Shown: positions 52,422 to 63,422 of the stretch, piece after piece | Layout of the letters: every line of letters starts with the position of its first letter | Position numbering within the stretch: position 1 is the first letter of the stretch | NCBI RefSeq assembly: GCF_023055435.1 | Contig: NW_025963791.1 | Span: forward strand, 8,308,001 to 8,372,000 | Source: Haliotis rufescens | Taxonomy: Eukaryota | Direction: 5' to 3' | DNA: 64,000 bases | Program-made: the position numbers and the translations under genes | The notes under the pieces: generated by a model | What the model saw: only the letters and a program-made list of their open reading frames with translations | Told to the model about the DNA's origin: nothing | The model's database searches: none

Positions 52422-52481
52422 CACGTGCAAGTTGTTTCCTCCGAGGTCCGCGCTGTCTGCTTTAAATTCCCATCGCCATTT
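52422..52481 (+). promoter_or_regulatory. Putative H1 core promoter
   Basis: E-box CACGTG 52422-52427, TTTAAA 52461-52466 and CGCCATTT 52474-52481 just upstream of the ATG. Confidence 0.35.
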
Positions 52482-52536
52482 GCTGTGTGTTTTCCCACGG
52501 TAGCTGGTGTTGGAACGTGTTCTTGCAAATAAAGAC

Positions 52537-53142
52537 ATGGCTGACACGGCAGGACCGTCAAAGAATGGCGTTAGGAGAGCGCCCGCCACACACCCATCAT
52601 GGTATGAGATGGTCATTGAAGCAGTCAGTAGCAACAAGGACTCAAAAGGTGCTTCCGTTCAGGCTATTAAGACTTACATCGTCGCGACGTATCCTACCGT
52701 TGACCAGAATTCAATGCGACACCACATCAAACGCGCGCTCGAGAAGGGAATCAAACTTAAACTTTTAAAGCGACCGAAAGCTTCCGAAGATGCTACAGGA
52801 TTGACAGGACGGTTTAAGTTGGATAAAGTCACAGTCGCGGCGGAAGCGAAAGCGAAAGCAAAGAAACTGAAGAAAGCCGAAGAAAAGAAGGAAAACATCG
52901 TGAAGAAAAAGAAAACATCGCCCGTGAAACGTAAAACAAAAACTGAAAAGTCTGAGAAAAGTGAAAAAGCAAAGAAAACTAGTGCAAAAGCAAAGGCAAG
53001 TGCCAAGTCGCCGAAGAAGGTCAGGAAAGGTGTAGAAACAACGCCGACAGCCCCCAGGTCGAAAAAAGCTGAAATGAAGACTCCAAAGAAACCGAAATCT
53101 GCCACAGCCAAGTCCAAAGTTACAGCTACTGAGAAGAAAAAG
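52537..53142 (+). CDS. H1-8: Linker histone H1, oocyte/cleavage-stage type (H1.8/H1oo/B4-like), exon 1
   Basis: Winged-helix globular domain HPSWYEMVIEAV...GASVQAIKTYI..YPTVD...KRALEKG...RPKASEDATGLTGRFKL; YPTVD and the extended RP..S...G.TGRFKL wing characterise B4/H1oo. Lys-rich tail with S/TPxK sites. Phase-0 donor AAG|gtgagt. True start is the ATG at 52537, not the GTG at 52507. Confidence 0.9.
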
Positions 53143-53867
53143 GTGAGTTGTTAGGTCGTATATGATGTGGCTTTAGTACTTCATGTGACTACCGTAGGTC
53201 TTGATCTGCTCTTGATTATTTGTAAGAAAATCGGTAAGTACCAGTACGATAAATATCCATGACATGACCAAGTTAAATTTTTTTATTAAATAAGGCCAAG
53301 TGGTTCCAATAATGTATATTTCTTTTAATGACAAAGATATTCCCAATTAAAACACAGGTTAATTTGTTTATCTCTTCTGTTTTCAAAACGAATGTCAATT
53401 GAAATGTCTTGTGAACTCGAAATTCAACAAAGTTGTTAATCTAAACTGTAATATAAAGGTTAGCTACATTGCACTTATGTATACATAAATGACACGTATC
53501 AGATTTGTATTTTTCAGTTTTCGTAGTAACACCAGTAAGTGTAAAACCAAATTATTAACAATAATAAAATCAAAAAGTGCCAAATTGAGAGCTACTCAGT
53601 GGCGCTCTTGTAATTTGTAATGATGTAATGCTTTCAAATAGTCAAGTTTGCCGGTCTACGAACTATAGAAAGATATCCGCTCTGTAACCGCTGATTCAAA
53701 TTTTTTGGGGGTTAGGGCAACTTTACCCTACATAAATAATTTTTAGTGCTCCTGCTTTATAGCCAGGGAATGATATCTTTTGTTTGCAACAAGTCATGAC
53801 ATGGAGAAAACGGGATTCGACTAGGATAAGAATTGATCTTCAGCAACCCAGGTTTGTCGCAAGCGGC

Positions 53868-54143
53868 GATCGCCTCCGTGGTCTAGTGGCAGAGGGTCCG
53901 CCCGGAGAGCGGAAGGCCCGGGGTTCGATCCCCGGTCGCGTCATACGAATAGACATTGAAAGGTGGTTCTTGTTGTTACCCTGCCTGGCGCTCGGCATTA
54001 AGGGGCTAAAACAAGGACTGGTCGTCTTGTCTTAGAGTCGGTATACTGTCTGAGTGGGCATGGTTTCTCAGTGGGCTAGCACTATCAAATCGGTCCGGAT
54101 ATGTACGGATCAGTACAAGCAACCACACACATACGCACGTGTA
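53868..54143 (+). mobile_element. SINE family D in the H1 intron
   Basis: tRNA head and family-D body; tail lost. Confidence 0.85.
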
Positions 54144-55034
54144 TGTTCTCCCATCTGTCGTGTCGTAAATTTCAATGATATAATCAGTCATACGGTCTTA
54201 GTGTAAACCCGAAAATTGCTACCATTATCGTTTTTACATAATGCATCAGTAGTAATTTCATCTATATTCTATCATGCATGTTTTTAGTTACTCACAAAAG
54301 CCACACAGACGCTTTACATAATTTTTGACAAATCTAAAGGACTGGAAAAGTTTGATATTATTTGACAAGCGATTGATTGTCATTCATTTGACTTCTTGTG
54401 TGTTTGCCAGGACGCCACATTTATTTTGTATTGTGAAACCCGGCACTCGGCAATATTCCAGCTCTCTGACGGCGATCTGTAAATAATCGAATCTGGACCA
54501 GACAATCGATATCATGAGCATCGATCTACACAGCTGGGATACGATGACATGCATCAACCACGTCCGCGAGCCTGACAACACGATCCCGTAGTCGCCTCTT
54601 ACAAGCAGTCACCTTTTACTTGACTGATTGTTAGTTTTGTCATAAAGTGGTACACATTGGAAAGTAATCTTCTTAACGTACATCTGTTTCTATGGTTTGC
54701 GTTTCTTTTGTCAGTGAGTATATATAGGATAGTGTATTTCTGGCACTCATTAATTGACCTCGAATTTAATCAACACAACGGCCTGTGGTCAGTGTGGTAA
54801 CGGGTGGCCCAGTCTAAGGTGCCACAAGTCTGCTGTACTTCCATTTGACGTTGCAGAAACCTACAGTTGGTTTGAATCCCGGAGTCACCCTGATTGTTTC
54901 TAGGTTTGTCAGGGCCACATCCGTCCCACCGAAGTGGTAAACGTCCAAGGCGTGCATCGCTTCGGCCTCGCTGTGATATATAACTGAAATACTGTACAAA
55001 ACGGCGTCGAACCAAACTCTCATTTTAAGCTCAG

Positions 55035-55276
55035 ACCCGTGAAGATTCCGGGCTAGAATAGGTCTTCAGCAACCCATGCTTGTCGTAAAAGGTAACTATG
55101 CTTGTCGTAAGAGGCGACTAACGGGATCGGGTGGTCAGGCTCGCTGACTTGGTCACTTGACGTTCATCGATGCTCATGATATCAATCACTGGATTGTCTG
55201 GCCCAGACTCGATTTACAGACCGCCGTCATATAGCTGGAATATTGCTGAGTGCGGCGTTAAACAACAAACAAAACC
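55035..55276 (+). mobile_element. SINE family C in the H1 intron
   Basis: Consensus match with a small internal deletion; imperfect TSD CATTTT.AG.TCA. Confidence 0.88.
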
Positions 55277-55303
55277 ATTTTCAGTTCAACCGTTTATCTT
55301 CCC

Positions 55304-55774
55304 GAGGCAAGGGAGTAAACTGACTGTAAAAGTGCAGTTTCGACCCTTTTAAGCTGGAATTTTGTAGTTATGTTTTGGCTGGACAAACGAATCTAGATGC
55401 ACAATCAAAATCGCGTAACGAAATCGACATGCGGTTGCTTCGTAACCATATTTAACGTCAGCTGGGCATCGTCAGCTATTTTACAAATATTTTCATGTTT
55501 TTATTCAAGGTGCTCAAGTAATTTTTATGAACTTCGCTGAGTCGGACTCGTTGTATTACAATATAGATCATTATTATCGATCAGATTGTCCTGATTCGAC
55601 GCTGCCATAATGATAGGTGGAATCTGATTGGTCCATATGGGGGACATAGAAGGGACGTAGAAGGGACATAACTCGTAATAGCCACTTGTGAAGCTACGGT
55701 CGAGCCCTGAAAATGCAGCCTATTTCGGCAAGGGTGGAAACTGGACTTTTACAGTCGGTTAACGTCCTTACCTC
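55304..55774. mobile_element. Non-autonomous DNA transposon with ~43-bp imperfect TIRs (GAG...CTC termini)
   Basis: GAGGCAAGGGAGTAAACTGACTGTAAAAGTGCAGTTTCGACCC versus the reverse complement of the right end, GAGGTAAGGACGTTAACCGACTGTAAAAGTCCAGTTTCCACCC. Confidence 0.75.
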
Positions 55775-56210
55775 AGTATAAATAGCATCCCTTTGAAAAG
55801 TGTAGTCCAACTTGACATACAACGGTAACATCAGTTATGTAGCCTTGTAATGTATTTGAATTGTAGGCCCTACATACTTCTATATGTTGATTGTTAGCTC
55901 AACTGGTTTCATATACTGGTGCCACCCTTAGGCCAGTGTTTCGGGAAACACCCGACGTTGCAAAATAGGCTTCGACTCTTTTTGTTGTTGCCAAGTTTGC
56001 TTTTAAGGAGACGCGCATATAATGCGGGAATACATATGCTACTCAACTTTTAAGGATAAAGTCATTCTATTTGAAATCTAAACCTGACATGAGAATCGGT
56101 TTTGAGTGTCGGTGAAAGATAATTTTTTTTATCCATATCTAAAGCAAAGTTGCGTCCCGTGTGCACTCCAGGAACCAGTGATTTTGGCCCTGATTATGTT
56201 TCTAGGTTTG

Positions 56211-56279
56211 TCAGCACCATACCCGTGTTCGCGAGTTTTACCATTTTGGTGAAACCCGCGAACACGGGTATGGTGCTGA
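56211..56279. repeat. Near-perfect 33-bp-stem hairpin inside a family-B SINE fragment
   Basis: TCAGCACCATACCCGTGTTCGCGAGTTTTACCA-TTT-TGGTGAAACCCGCGAACACGGGTATGGTGCTGA. Confidence 0.92.
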
Positions 56280-56465
56280 GACCTGAATCACTTCGGGTTT
56301 TCCTCCCACAATAAGCTGACATGCCGTGATGTAGCGACTATGCTTGTCGTAAAAGGCGACTAACGGGATCGGGTGGTCAGGCTCGCCGACTTGGTTAATG
56401 TATGCATCAGACATCAGATTTTGTCACCGATGCTTTAAATTTGGACATTTCCTCACGTTTACCAG

Positions 56466-56750
56466 ACCCGTGAAGATCCGGGTAGAAGTGGTCTTCAGAA
56501 ACCCATGCTTGCCGTAAAAGGCGACTATGCTTGTCGTAAAAGGCGACTATGCTTGTCGTAAAAGGCGACTAACGGGATCGGGTGGTCAGGCTCGTTGATT
56601 GGTTGATGCATGTCATCGGTCCCAATTACGTGGATCGATGCTTATGATGTCAATGACTGGATTGTCTGGTCCAGACTCGTTTATTTACAGACCGCCGTTA
56701 TATAGCTGGAATATTGCTGAGTGCGGCGTTAAACAACAAACAAACCAAAC
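56466..56750 (+). mobile_element. SINE family C with three copies of the 22-bp internal module
   Basis: TGCTTGYCGTAAAAGGCGACTA x3. Confidence 0.9.
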
Positions 56751-57027
56751 CTCGCCAGTTCCACTTTCAACGTTTGTTTGTGGATTTGAATTTTAGTAAC
56801 AATTTGCAAGTTTATCTCCATTTTATCAAACCACACCTGATTGAATACAAATGTATTTATATTGAAAACGTGGTGAACATCTTAATTTATCTAAACACGC
56901 CGTGATATAACTGAAATAATGTTAAAAACGGCGTTAAACCCAACTCACTCACTCACTTAATTAATCTTAACAATCTGTCCGACATGTCTTAACCAAGGTG
57001 CATGCCAAATGTTTTCTCGTGTTCTAG

Positions 57028-57087
57028 GCAAAGCCCGCCAGCAAGAAAGGCACCCCCAAGAAGAGCAAGGCCAAGACAAAATCCTAG
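57028..57087 (+). CDS. H1-8: Linker histone H1 (H1.8/B4-like), exon 2 (AKPASKKGTPKKSKAKTKS*)
   Basis: Acceptor ttttctcgtgttctag, phase 0, Lys-rich with TPKK, TAG at 57085-57087. Missing from the ORF track. Confidence 0.88.
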   Translation, partial: AKPASKKGTPKKSKAKTKS

Positions 57088-57102
57088 AGCTAGAGTGTAC
57101 AG

Positions 57103-57151
57103 TTTTATATGTGAACTTTTTAATTGCAGGCTGTAATTGTTTTAGAATAAA
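57103..57151 (+). promoter_or_regulatory. H1 3' UTR: two CPE-like elements plus a polyadenylation hexamer
   Basis: TTTTAT 57103-57108, TTTTTAAT 57117-57124, AATAAA 57146-57151; no histone stem-loop seen. Confidence 0.7.
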
Positions 57152-57837
57152 TATTTTAAAATCAGTTTGAATATACTTTTTTGCGTTTCTTTGTCATCGT
57201 AATGTTACACTCCGTTCCTATCTGGCTGCGAAAATGCATGGGCTTGATTATGAGCTAAAGACATGGAGTACATTCGGGTCAACTCGGCGTGTTCCGTGTA
57301 CTACATGACACCTCGGACACCAGTTGAATGGTGACACTGGATTTCTCGGTAAACCGCATCCCTATCGATCCCCCAGGTTGAGTTTGTAGTTAGTTGGGGT
57401 TTAATTAAACAAGGTGCTGACAAATTACGTTGAATGTTTGTCTCCCACAGCCTCGATATGGAGTTCTTTCAAAAATTGCTTTTGGTCGTCAAGATTTGCC
57501 ATCACATGACACTACAATTGACACTGAACAGCTTCAAGACCCGGGTTTTAGTCTGAAATCGTTTCCTTTCATGTTGATGAATATTTAAACATGAAAACAG
57601 TATTATAACTGGACACGGGAGGGGAAGTTGAAGGAATTATTTAATTGACCAAACATGTCTATACATTATCAGTGCACACGTCATACGTGGCTCGAGATGC
57701 TTGGTTGGAAGCAGCTGGCAACCATCCAGTGTTTGATGACATGCAGTAAGTCACAGAACCTGACCACCCGATTCTCATTGAAGTCGGCTCTAACGCATAG
57801 CGGACCAGTTCGGGAACGGAACACACGGTGCGCGAGT

Positions 57838-58505
57838 GTTTAACGCCGCAGCTATATTCCAGCTATATGACGGCGGTCTGTAAATAATGGAGTCTGGACC
57901 AGGAATCCAGTGATTGACATGAGCATCGATCCACGCGAATGGGATCGATGACATGCATCAACCAATCAGCGAGCCTGACCACCCGATCCCGTTAGTCGCC
58001 TTTTACGACAAGCATAGTCGCCTTTTACAGCAAGCATGGGTCTCTGAAGACCACTTCTACCCCGGATCTTCCCGGATCTGGTAAACGTGAGGAAATGTCC
58101 AAATTTAAAGCATCGGTGACAAAATCTGATGTCTGATGCAGTTTTCTGTTTTGACTCATATATTGCCGTGTTTCATCCGGTGAACAATTGACTGTGCATG
58201 TGTTTATGACCGAGCCACCGGTGGGACAGGATACGCTCAACTTTTCGCCAACACCTGATGTCATCACTATTTATAACTTATTCACAAACACATGTTAATG
58301 TTTGTTTTTTTGTTTAACGCCGCACTCAGCAATATTCCAGCTATATGACGGCGGTCTGTAAATAATCGAGTCTGGACTAGACAATCCAGTGATTGACATC
58401 ATGAGCATCGATCCACGTAATTGGGATAAGATGACATGCATCAACCAGGTAAGCGAGTCTTACCACCCGATCCCGTCAGTCGCCTCTTACGACAAGCATA
58501 GTCGC
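57838..58505 (-). mobile_element. Two family-C SINEs (57838-58077 and 58300-58505)
   Basis: Consensus matches. Confidence 0.85.
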
Positions 58506-59287
58506 TTTATGTTAAATATATAGTTGGAATCTTACAATGGACTCGGCTTTCACCAGAGATGTTTTATGATTATGGAAAGGATTTTGTCTTTTTATTTACG
58601 GTAGATAGTGTTGATGTTGATGTAGCAATCAATTCAACTGTTACAAAGCTAGTACTTAAGGGGATCTACCTCACAAACCACAGACTTCTTTGATTATCTA
58701 ATCATTTTGAATAAATACTTAATCTAAAATTTGTTGTACTCTTGTAATGAATTACTTAGGTTCAACAAAATATCCTTGTGGTTAAAGTGTTCGTTCTTAA
58801 TGTCAAAACGCCGACTTCGATTCCATGAAGATTATGTCCCCGAGATCCTTGAACACTGCTAGAACTGGAGTAATATCACACTAACCCATGTATGGCAAGT
58901 TCGTGAAATGTGGTGATACTGATGTCCGACATATTAATGTGGATCGATCTCTTGTGGCTATGTTTCCCCTTCGGGATTCCGGGTTTTAATAGGTCCCAGC
59001 AACCTGTGTTGGTCGGAAGAGGCGACCAAAACGATAGGGTTGTCAGGCTCGGCGATTTGGTTGATAGCGTGTCATCGTATTCCTAATTATATGGCGTCGA
59101 TACTTGCTCCCAATATCAACCCCTAACTTTACAGGCCGCCGTCATAAAGCTGAGGGCGGCGTTAACCAACAAGATAAACACATATCCTGTAGCCATTCAA
59201 CACAGACAGTTCTTAACAAAAAACAAAGACATTGCGTTTAAACTATTACAACTGTTATTTGATTAAAAAAATGAACATTGAATTACA

Positions 59288-59898
59288 TTAACATTTGTTT
59301 CTTCTGAACAGATTCGTAAAGCGACGAAAGAAAGATTTTGACTTTTGTACATTTTGTTTCTGATTATAAGTTTCGATCAAATTGGTTGTGCTTGGTGACA
59401 TATGTTTCTTTGATGACAGACTACTTTGAGAGAGTTCATGATGTCTTGTTGACCTATTGCCTTGTTCACGAGGTATGTCATTCTTTGATTGGACAATGTG
59501 GTCAAAGCACGTGGTCCGTGTAGCCCCTGACCTCTGAACAAGTCCAACACCCTCTCCCTCTCCTGAATGTACACGTAGTCTTTCAACACTTAACATGTCC
59601 ACCTCCTTCACCAAGCGATCCACCTTCTTCCTGAGGGAGACTTTCTCCTCCGAGAGTTGTCTGGCTTGTCTCCGAAGATGTTGATTCTTCAGTTTCAGAC
59701 ATTGGGAACGGAGCCGTGCATCTCGTAGGTCAGCCCGGAGAATGTCCACCTCAACCAGGGCAGCCGTCAGCTGCATGTGGAGGTCGAGCTCTTTGCCAAG
59801 TTGTTTGTCCTTTTTACTACAATCCCATTGGAATGGTGGCTCGGGGCGAATAGGTCTTGGTTTTATTGTGACGTGTTTGGGAACCAAATCGTGGAACT
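59288..59898 (-). CDS. Orphan coiled-coil protein, copy 1, exon 3
   Basis: Acceptor tgcaatttcag, phase 1; heptad-rich segment LTAALVEVDILRADLRDARLRSQCLKLKNQHLRRQARQLSEEKVSLRKKVDRLVKEVDML; frame preserved in the paralogue. Confidence 0.8.
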
Positions 59899-60099
59899 CT
59901 GAAATTGCAATAATCGAATTTAGTATACAATCAACTCTATGGTAAGTCTAACACATCAGCACATATACATTTACCGTGTTAAATAGATAAACTGGCAGAG
60001 AAATTACAGTTAATACAGACTTTTTCAACGAAGTTGCAGGGATATGATAGTTGAAAGCACCCACGGCATACACACAGACAGACAGACATAGACAAACAG

Positions 60100-60127
<28 letters not shown>

Positions 60128-60130
<3 letters not shown>

Positions 60131-60256
60131 TCGGTTCTGTACGTGCAAAACACTCCGCCACCTCGGAATCAAACCCCTCACACTCGGACACGGTCGGACG
60201 CTTTGCGACTGGTCTTGGTTTTATTGTGACGTGTTTGGGAACCGAATCACGAAACT
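60128..60256 (-). CDS. Orphan coiled-coil protein, copy 1, exon 2
   Basis: Acceptor tttttatttcag, donor AG|gtgtgt, 129 nt phase 1-1: EFRDSVPKHVTIKPRPVAKRPTVSECEGFDSEVAECFARTEPI. Confidence 0.7.
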
Positions 60257-60443
60257 CTGAAATAAAAATAACCAGATTTAGTATTGAATCAATCAAACTG
60301 CCAAGTGTGAAAGTTATACCGCGTATATATCTACGTATAAAATTAAGGAAGTGGCAGAAATACAGTGGTTGAATCTGAAACACTTTTCAATTGAAACAGA
60401 AGTTGTAGAGTTGAACTCTGTTATTATATATAACGGCACACAC

Positions 60444-60531
60444 CTGTCGGTTCTGTACGTGAAAAACACTCCGCCACCTCGGAATCAAAGCCCTCGCACT
60501 CGGACACGGTCAGACGTCTTGTGGCTTGCAT
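60444..60531 (-). CDS. Orphan coiled-coil protein, copy 1, exon 1
   Basis: ATG at 60531, MQATRRLTVSECEGFDSEVAECFSRTEPT, phase-1 donor AG|gtgtgt. The three exons total 828 nt (275 aa). Confidence 0.7.
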
Positions 60532-60610
60532 AATGCTTCGATAATCTCGATAAATGAAGAGCGTACTGCAATGCTGCTGTAGATAGCTGAAGGTATGTCA
60601 GACAATGGCG

Positions 60611-60639
60611 TGACGTCACAATATCAGCTAATGACGTCA
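60611..60639. promoter_or_regulatory. Two full CRE palindromes upstream of the orphan gene
   Basis: TGACGTCA at 60611-60618 and 60632-60639. Confidence 0.45.
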
Positions 60640-63422
60640 TTGCGACGTCTAGACGGTAGATTTCGCTGTCGTTCGGAAGAGGTCGGTAGATTTCGTTGTG
60701 AGTGTGTTCTGATTGCTTCAGATCAGCCGAAAAATACCATCATGAGAAGCTCTTTGTACTTTGGTATAATATCGTTACTTTCTTCAAAACAAGCATCATA
60801 TCATGGGCTAATATTAAGAAGATAATTAACAATCTTAATTCAGAAACAGTAAAAGGTATTGTCTATTTGTCCATGTTTTTTCTCAAATGAATTTCGTTTT
60901 CGGAAAGGGTTTATTTTTATATTGTGAGCTATGTGATAATGTCATCAGTGTTGGAAAGCAACAGGGATATAATTTGGTCAGCACCAAATTGAAATGTTTC
61001 AAATATATGATTGGCCGTTGAAAAGAACATTCTATGTTACAGGTAAAATGAGTGAGTTAGATAGTTTTAACGCCACCTTCAACAATATTTCAGTTAAATA
61101 ACGGCATGTCTATGAATGTTTATTCCCAAAGTTTGGAAATTTCCCTTTTTTGACGACACTGTCTCGTAGTTCATGATTATAGAACATGGACCAGTTGTCT
61201 AAGGCGCGGCAAGACGCTGTGCAGACATGCCTCCTTCTTAGACATACAGACTACTCTGGTCGTTAGTTCTTGGTTTGTCAGCACCATACAATAGACTGGA
61301 GGATTTCACTTTACTTATGTAAAATATAAATAATGTCCCAAATTACCACAAAGAAATTGCAACAAAAATTGAAACATTGTTCCTAAATAATATACTAGAG
61401 GTGGGTTATATGCTTTCGGAACACACAGGGGCGAGGACAAATTATATATCACAGGATATTTGTTTTTAATTCATATTTTGCATCTACACGAGAAGAAGTT
61501 TACTCTCAATTGATGTAACTTTGTTCTGATGGTTATAGTTGTAATTTCAACATTTTGAATTATATATTAGTAAATTAGGAAACGGTCTAGGGGAGAAACA
61601 CCCGTTAGCCTTTGCCGATGAGAGTGACTTCCCTTGTGTTGAATAAAAGATGGCGTAGAACAACGAAGCTCGTCTTGAGGTATACTTCTATTATGGTAAT
61701 TGGAATAGTTCCAAATTCGTCGAAGCTTTTTGAAAAAAAGAGCAGACATTCACTTCATTCATAGATTCATTCTACGACAAAGCTTAACTGTTGGCAGTGA
61801 AACAGCTGTTTGTCTATATATTTACATCCTTAGACGGACATCCGATAACCGATAACTTGATAATGATGACTGAAAATTATAAGATACTAAGAACATTTGA
61901 TGTATTTGGTACATTGGGAGATTTATTGTCTAGTGCTACTGGAAATACGTTTAACCATCATAAATGATGTGCATATATATCCTTCTGTTGAAATATGTTG
62001 ACCATTATGTACTTTTCGAATGAATTTAATTAGCACACAGTTTGTAATGTTTCCAATGAACAATACAACCTGGATCTTTAGCACTTAAAGAGACGCTTGT
62101 GGGGTACGGGTGGCCGATTGTGTAAGGCGTTGCAATTCGCTATCCACTCGTGTTAAAATCCGATAATCGTGGGTTCGAATCACAGGTTCATAGTCGTGCT
62201 CGTGGGTTTCACCAAAGTGACAAATTTCTAAGACCTGCATCACTTTGGGCGTTTCTCCCACAAAATACTGGCAGGCGGTGACATAACTGAAATGCTGTTC
62301 GTAGCGGCGTTGAGCCCAACTCTACAGTATTATGTGTCTGTCGGTCACAATGTCTCAGATTGTTGAATACATATTATTGAACTTTTATAGTGAATGAGAT
62401 TTTTGTCTGCGAATGTCAGAGGAATAAAGTTGAATGACACACGTGTACATTTACCTAAACAATGTGGATATCAATTCACCCAATGAGAATTATGTTTTTC
62501 CACAATATTGTTAGATCCTCCTGTACAGATGTCCAGGGCCCCGTTTCACAAAGCGTAGCACAAGGACTACCGTGACTCCCTTACTTTAACATGTACTTAC
62601 GATAATCGTAGCATTAATATTGCTTTGTGGGACGAGGCCCAGGCCTCGTCGTGGATCGATGCTCATGATCAATCACTGGATTGACTGGTCCAGACTAAAT
62701 TATTTACAGACCGCCGTCATATAGCTGGAATATTGGTAAGTGCGGCGTAAAACAACAAAGAAAGAAACAAAATAGTACTTAAGGGTATGTACCTTACCGA
62801 TCACTCAGTTCTTTGATTATCTAATCATGTTGACTAAAAATTTAATCAAAGATATGTTGTATTCTTGCTATGAATTGATTAGGTTTACCTTGAGTTAGTT
62901 GCCTAGTGGTTCAAGCGTTAGCTCTCAATGCCAAAACCCAGAGTTCGATCCCTAATATACACAACACGTTAAGACCTATTTTCGATGGCCCCGATATTGC
63001 TTGAACACTGCTAAAATGAAGCAATGTCACACTCAACCCATGCATGGATGGATGAACGGTATGGCTTATTCGTGAAGTGTGATGATACTGATGCCTTACA
63101 TATTAATGTTGATAGATATCTTGTGTCTGTGTTTCCCTGTGGGGATTCCGGGTTAGAAAATGTCCCAGCAACAAGCGCTGGTCGTAAGAGGCGACAAACT
63201 GCATTGTTGATTGTGTGTCATCGTATCATAAGGCTTACAATATCAATCACTGACTTTACAGGCCGTCGTCATATAGCTGGACTTTTGCTTAGTGCAGCGT
63301 TAAACAACAAACAAACATAACTTGCAGCTACTGAACACAAACAGTTGTAAAGAAATAACAAAGACATTGCTTTTAAACTATAACAATTGTTATTTGATCA
63401 ACAAAATGAACATTAAATAACA

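Noticed and set aside
52674-53117. 147-aa Phe-rich - strand ORF
   Set aside because: Antisense shadow of the Lys-rich H1 exon.
53143-53154. H1 ending ...KKKVSC* as a single-exon gene
   Set aside because: Reads through a consensus donor; an in-phase Lys-rich exon with a poly(A) signal lies at 57028.
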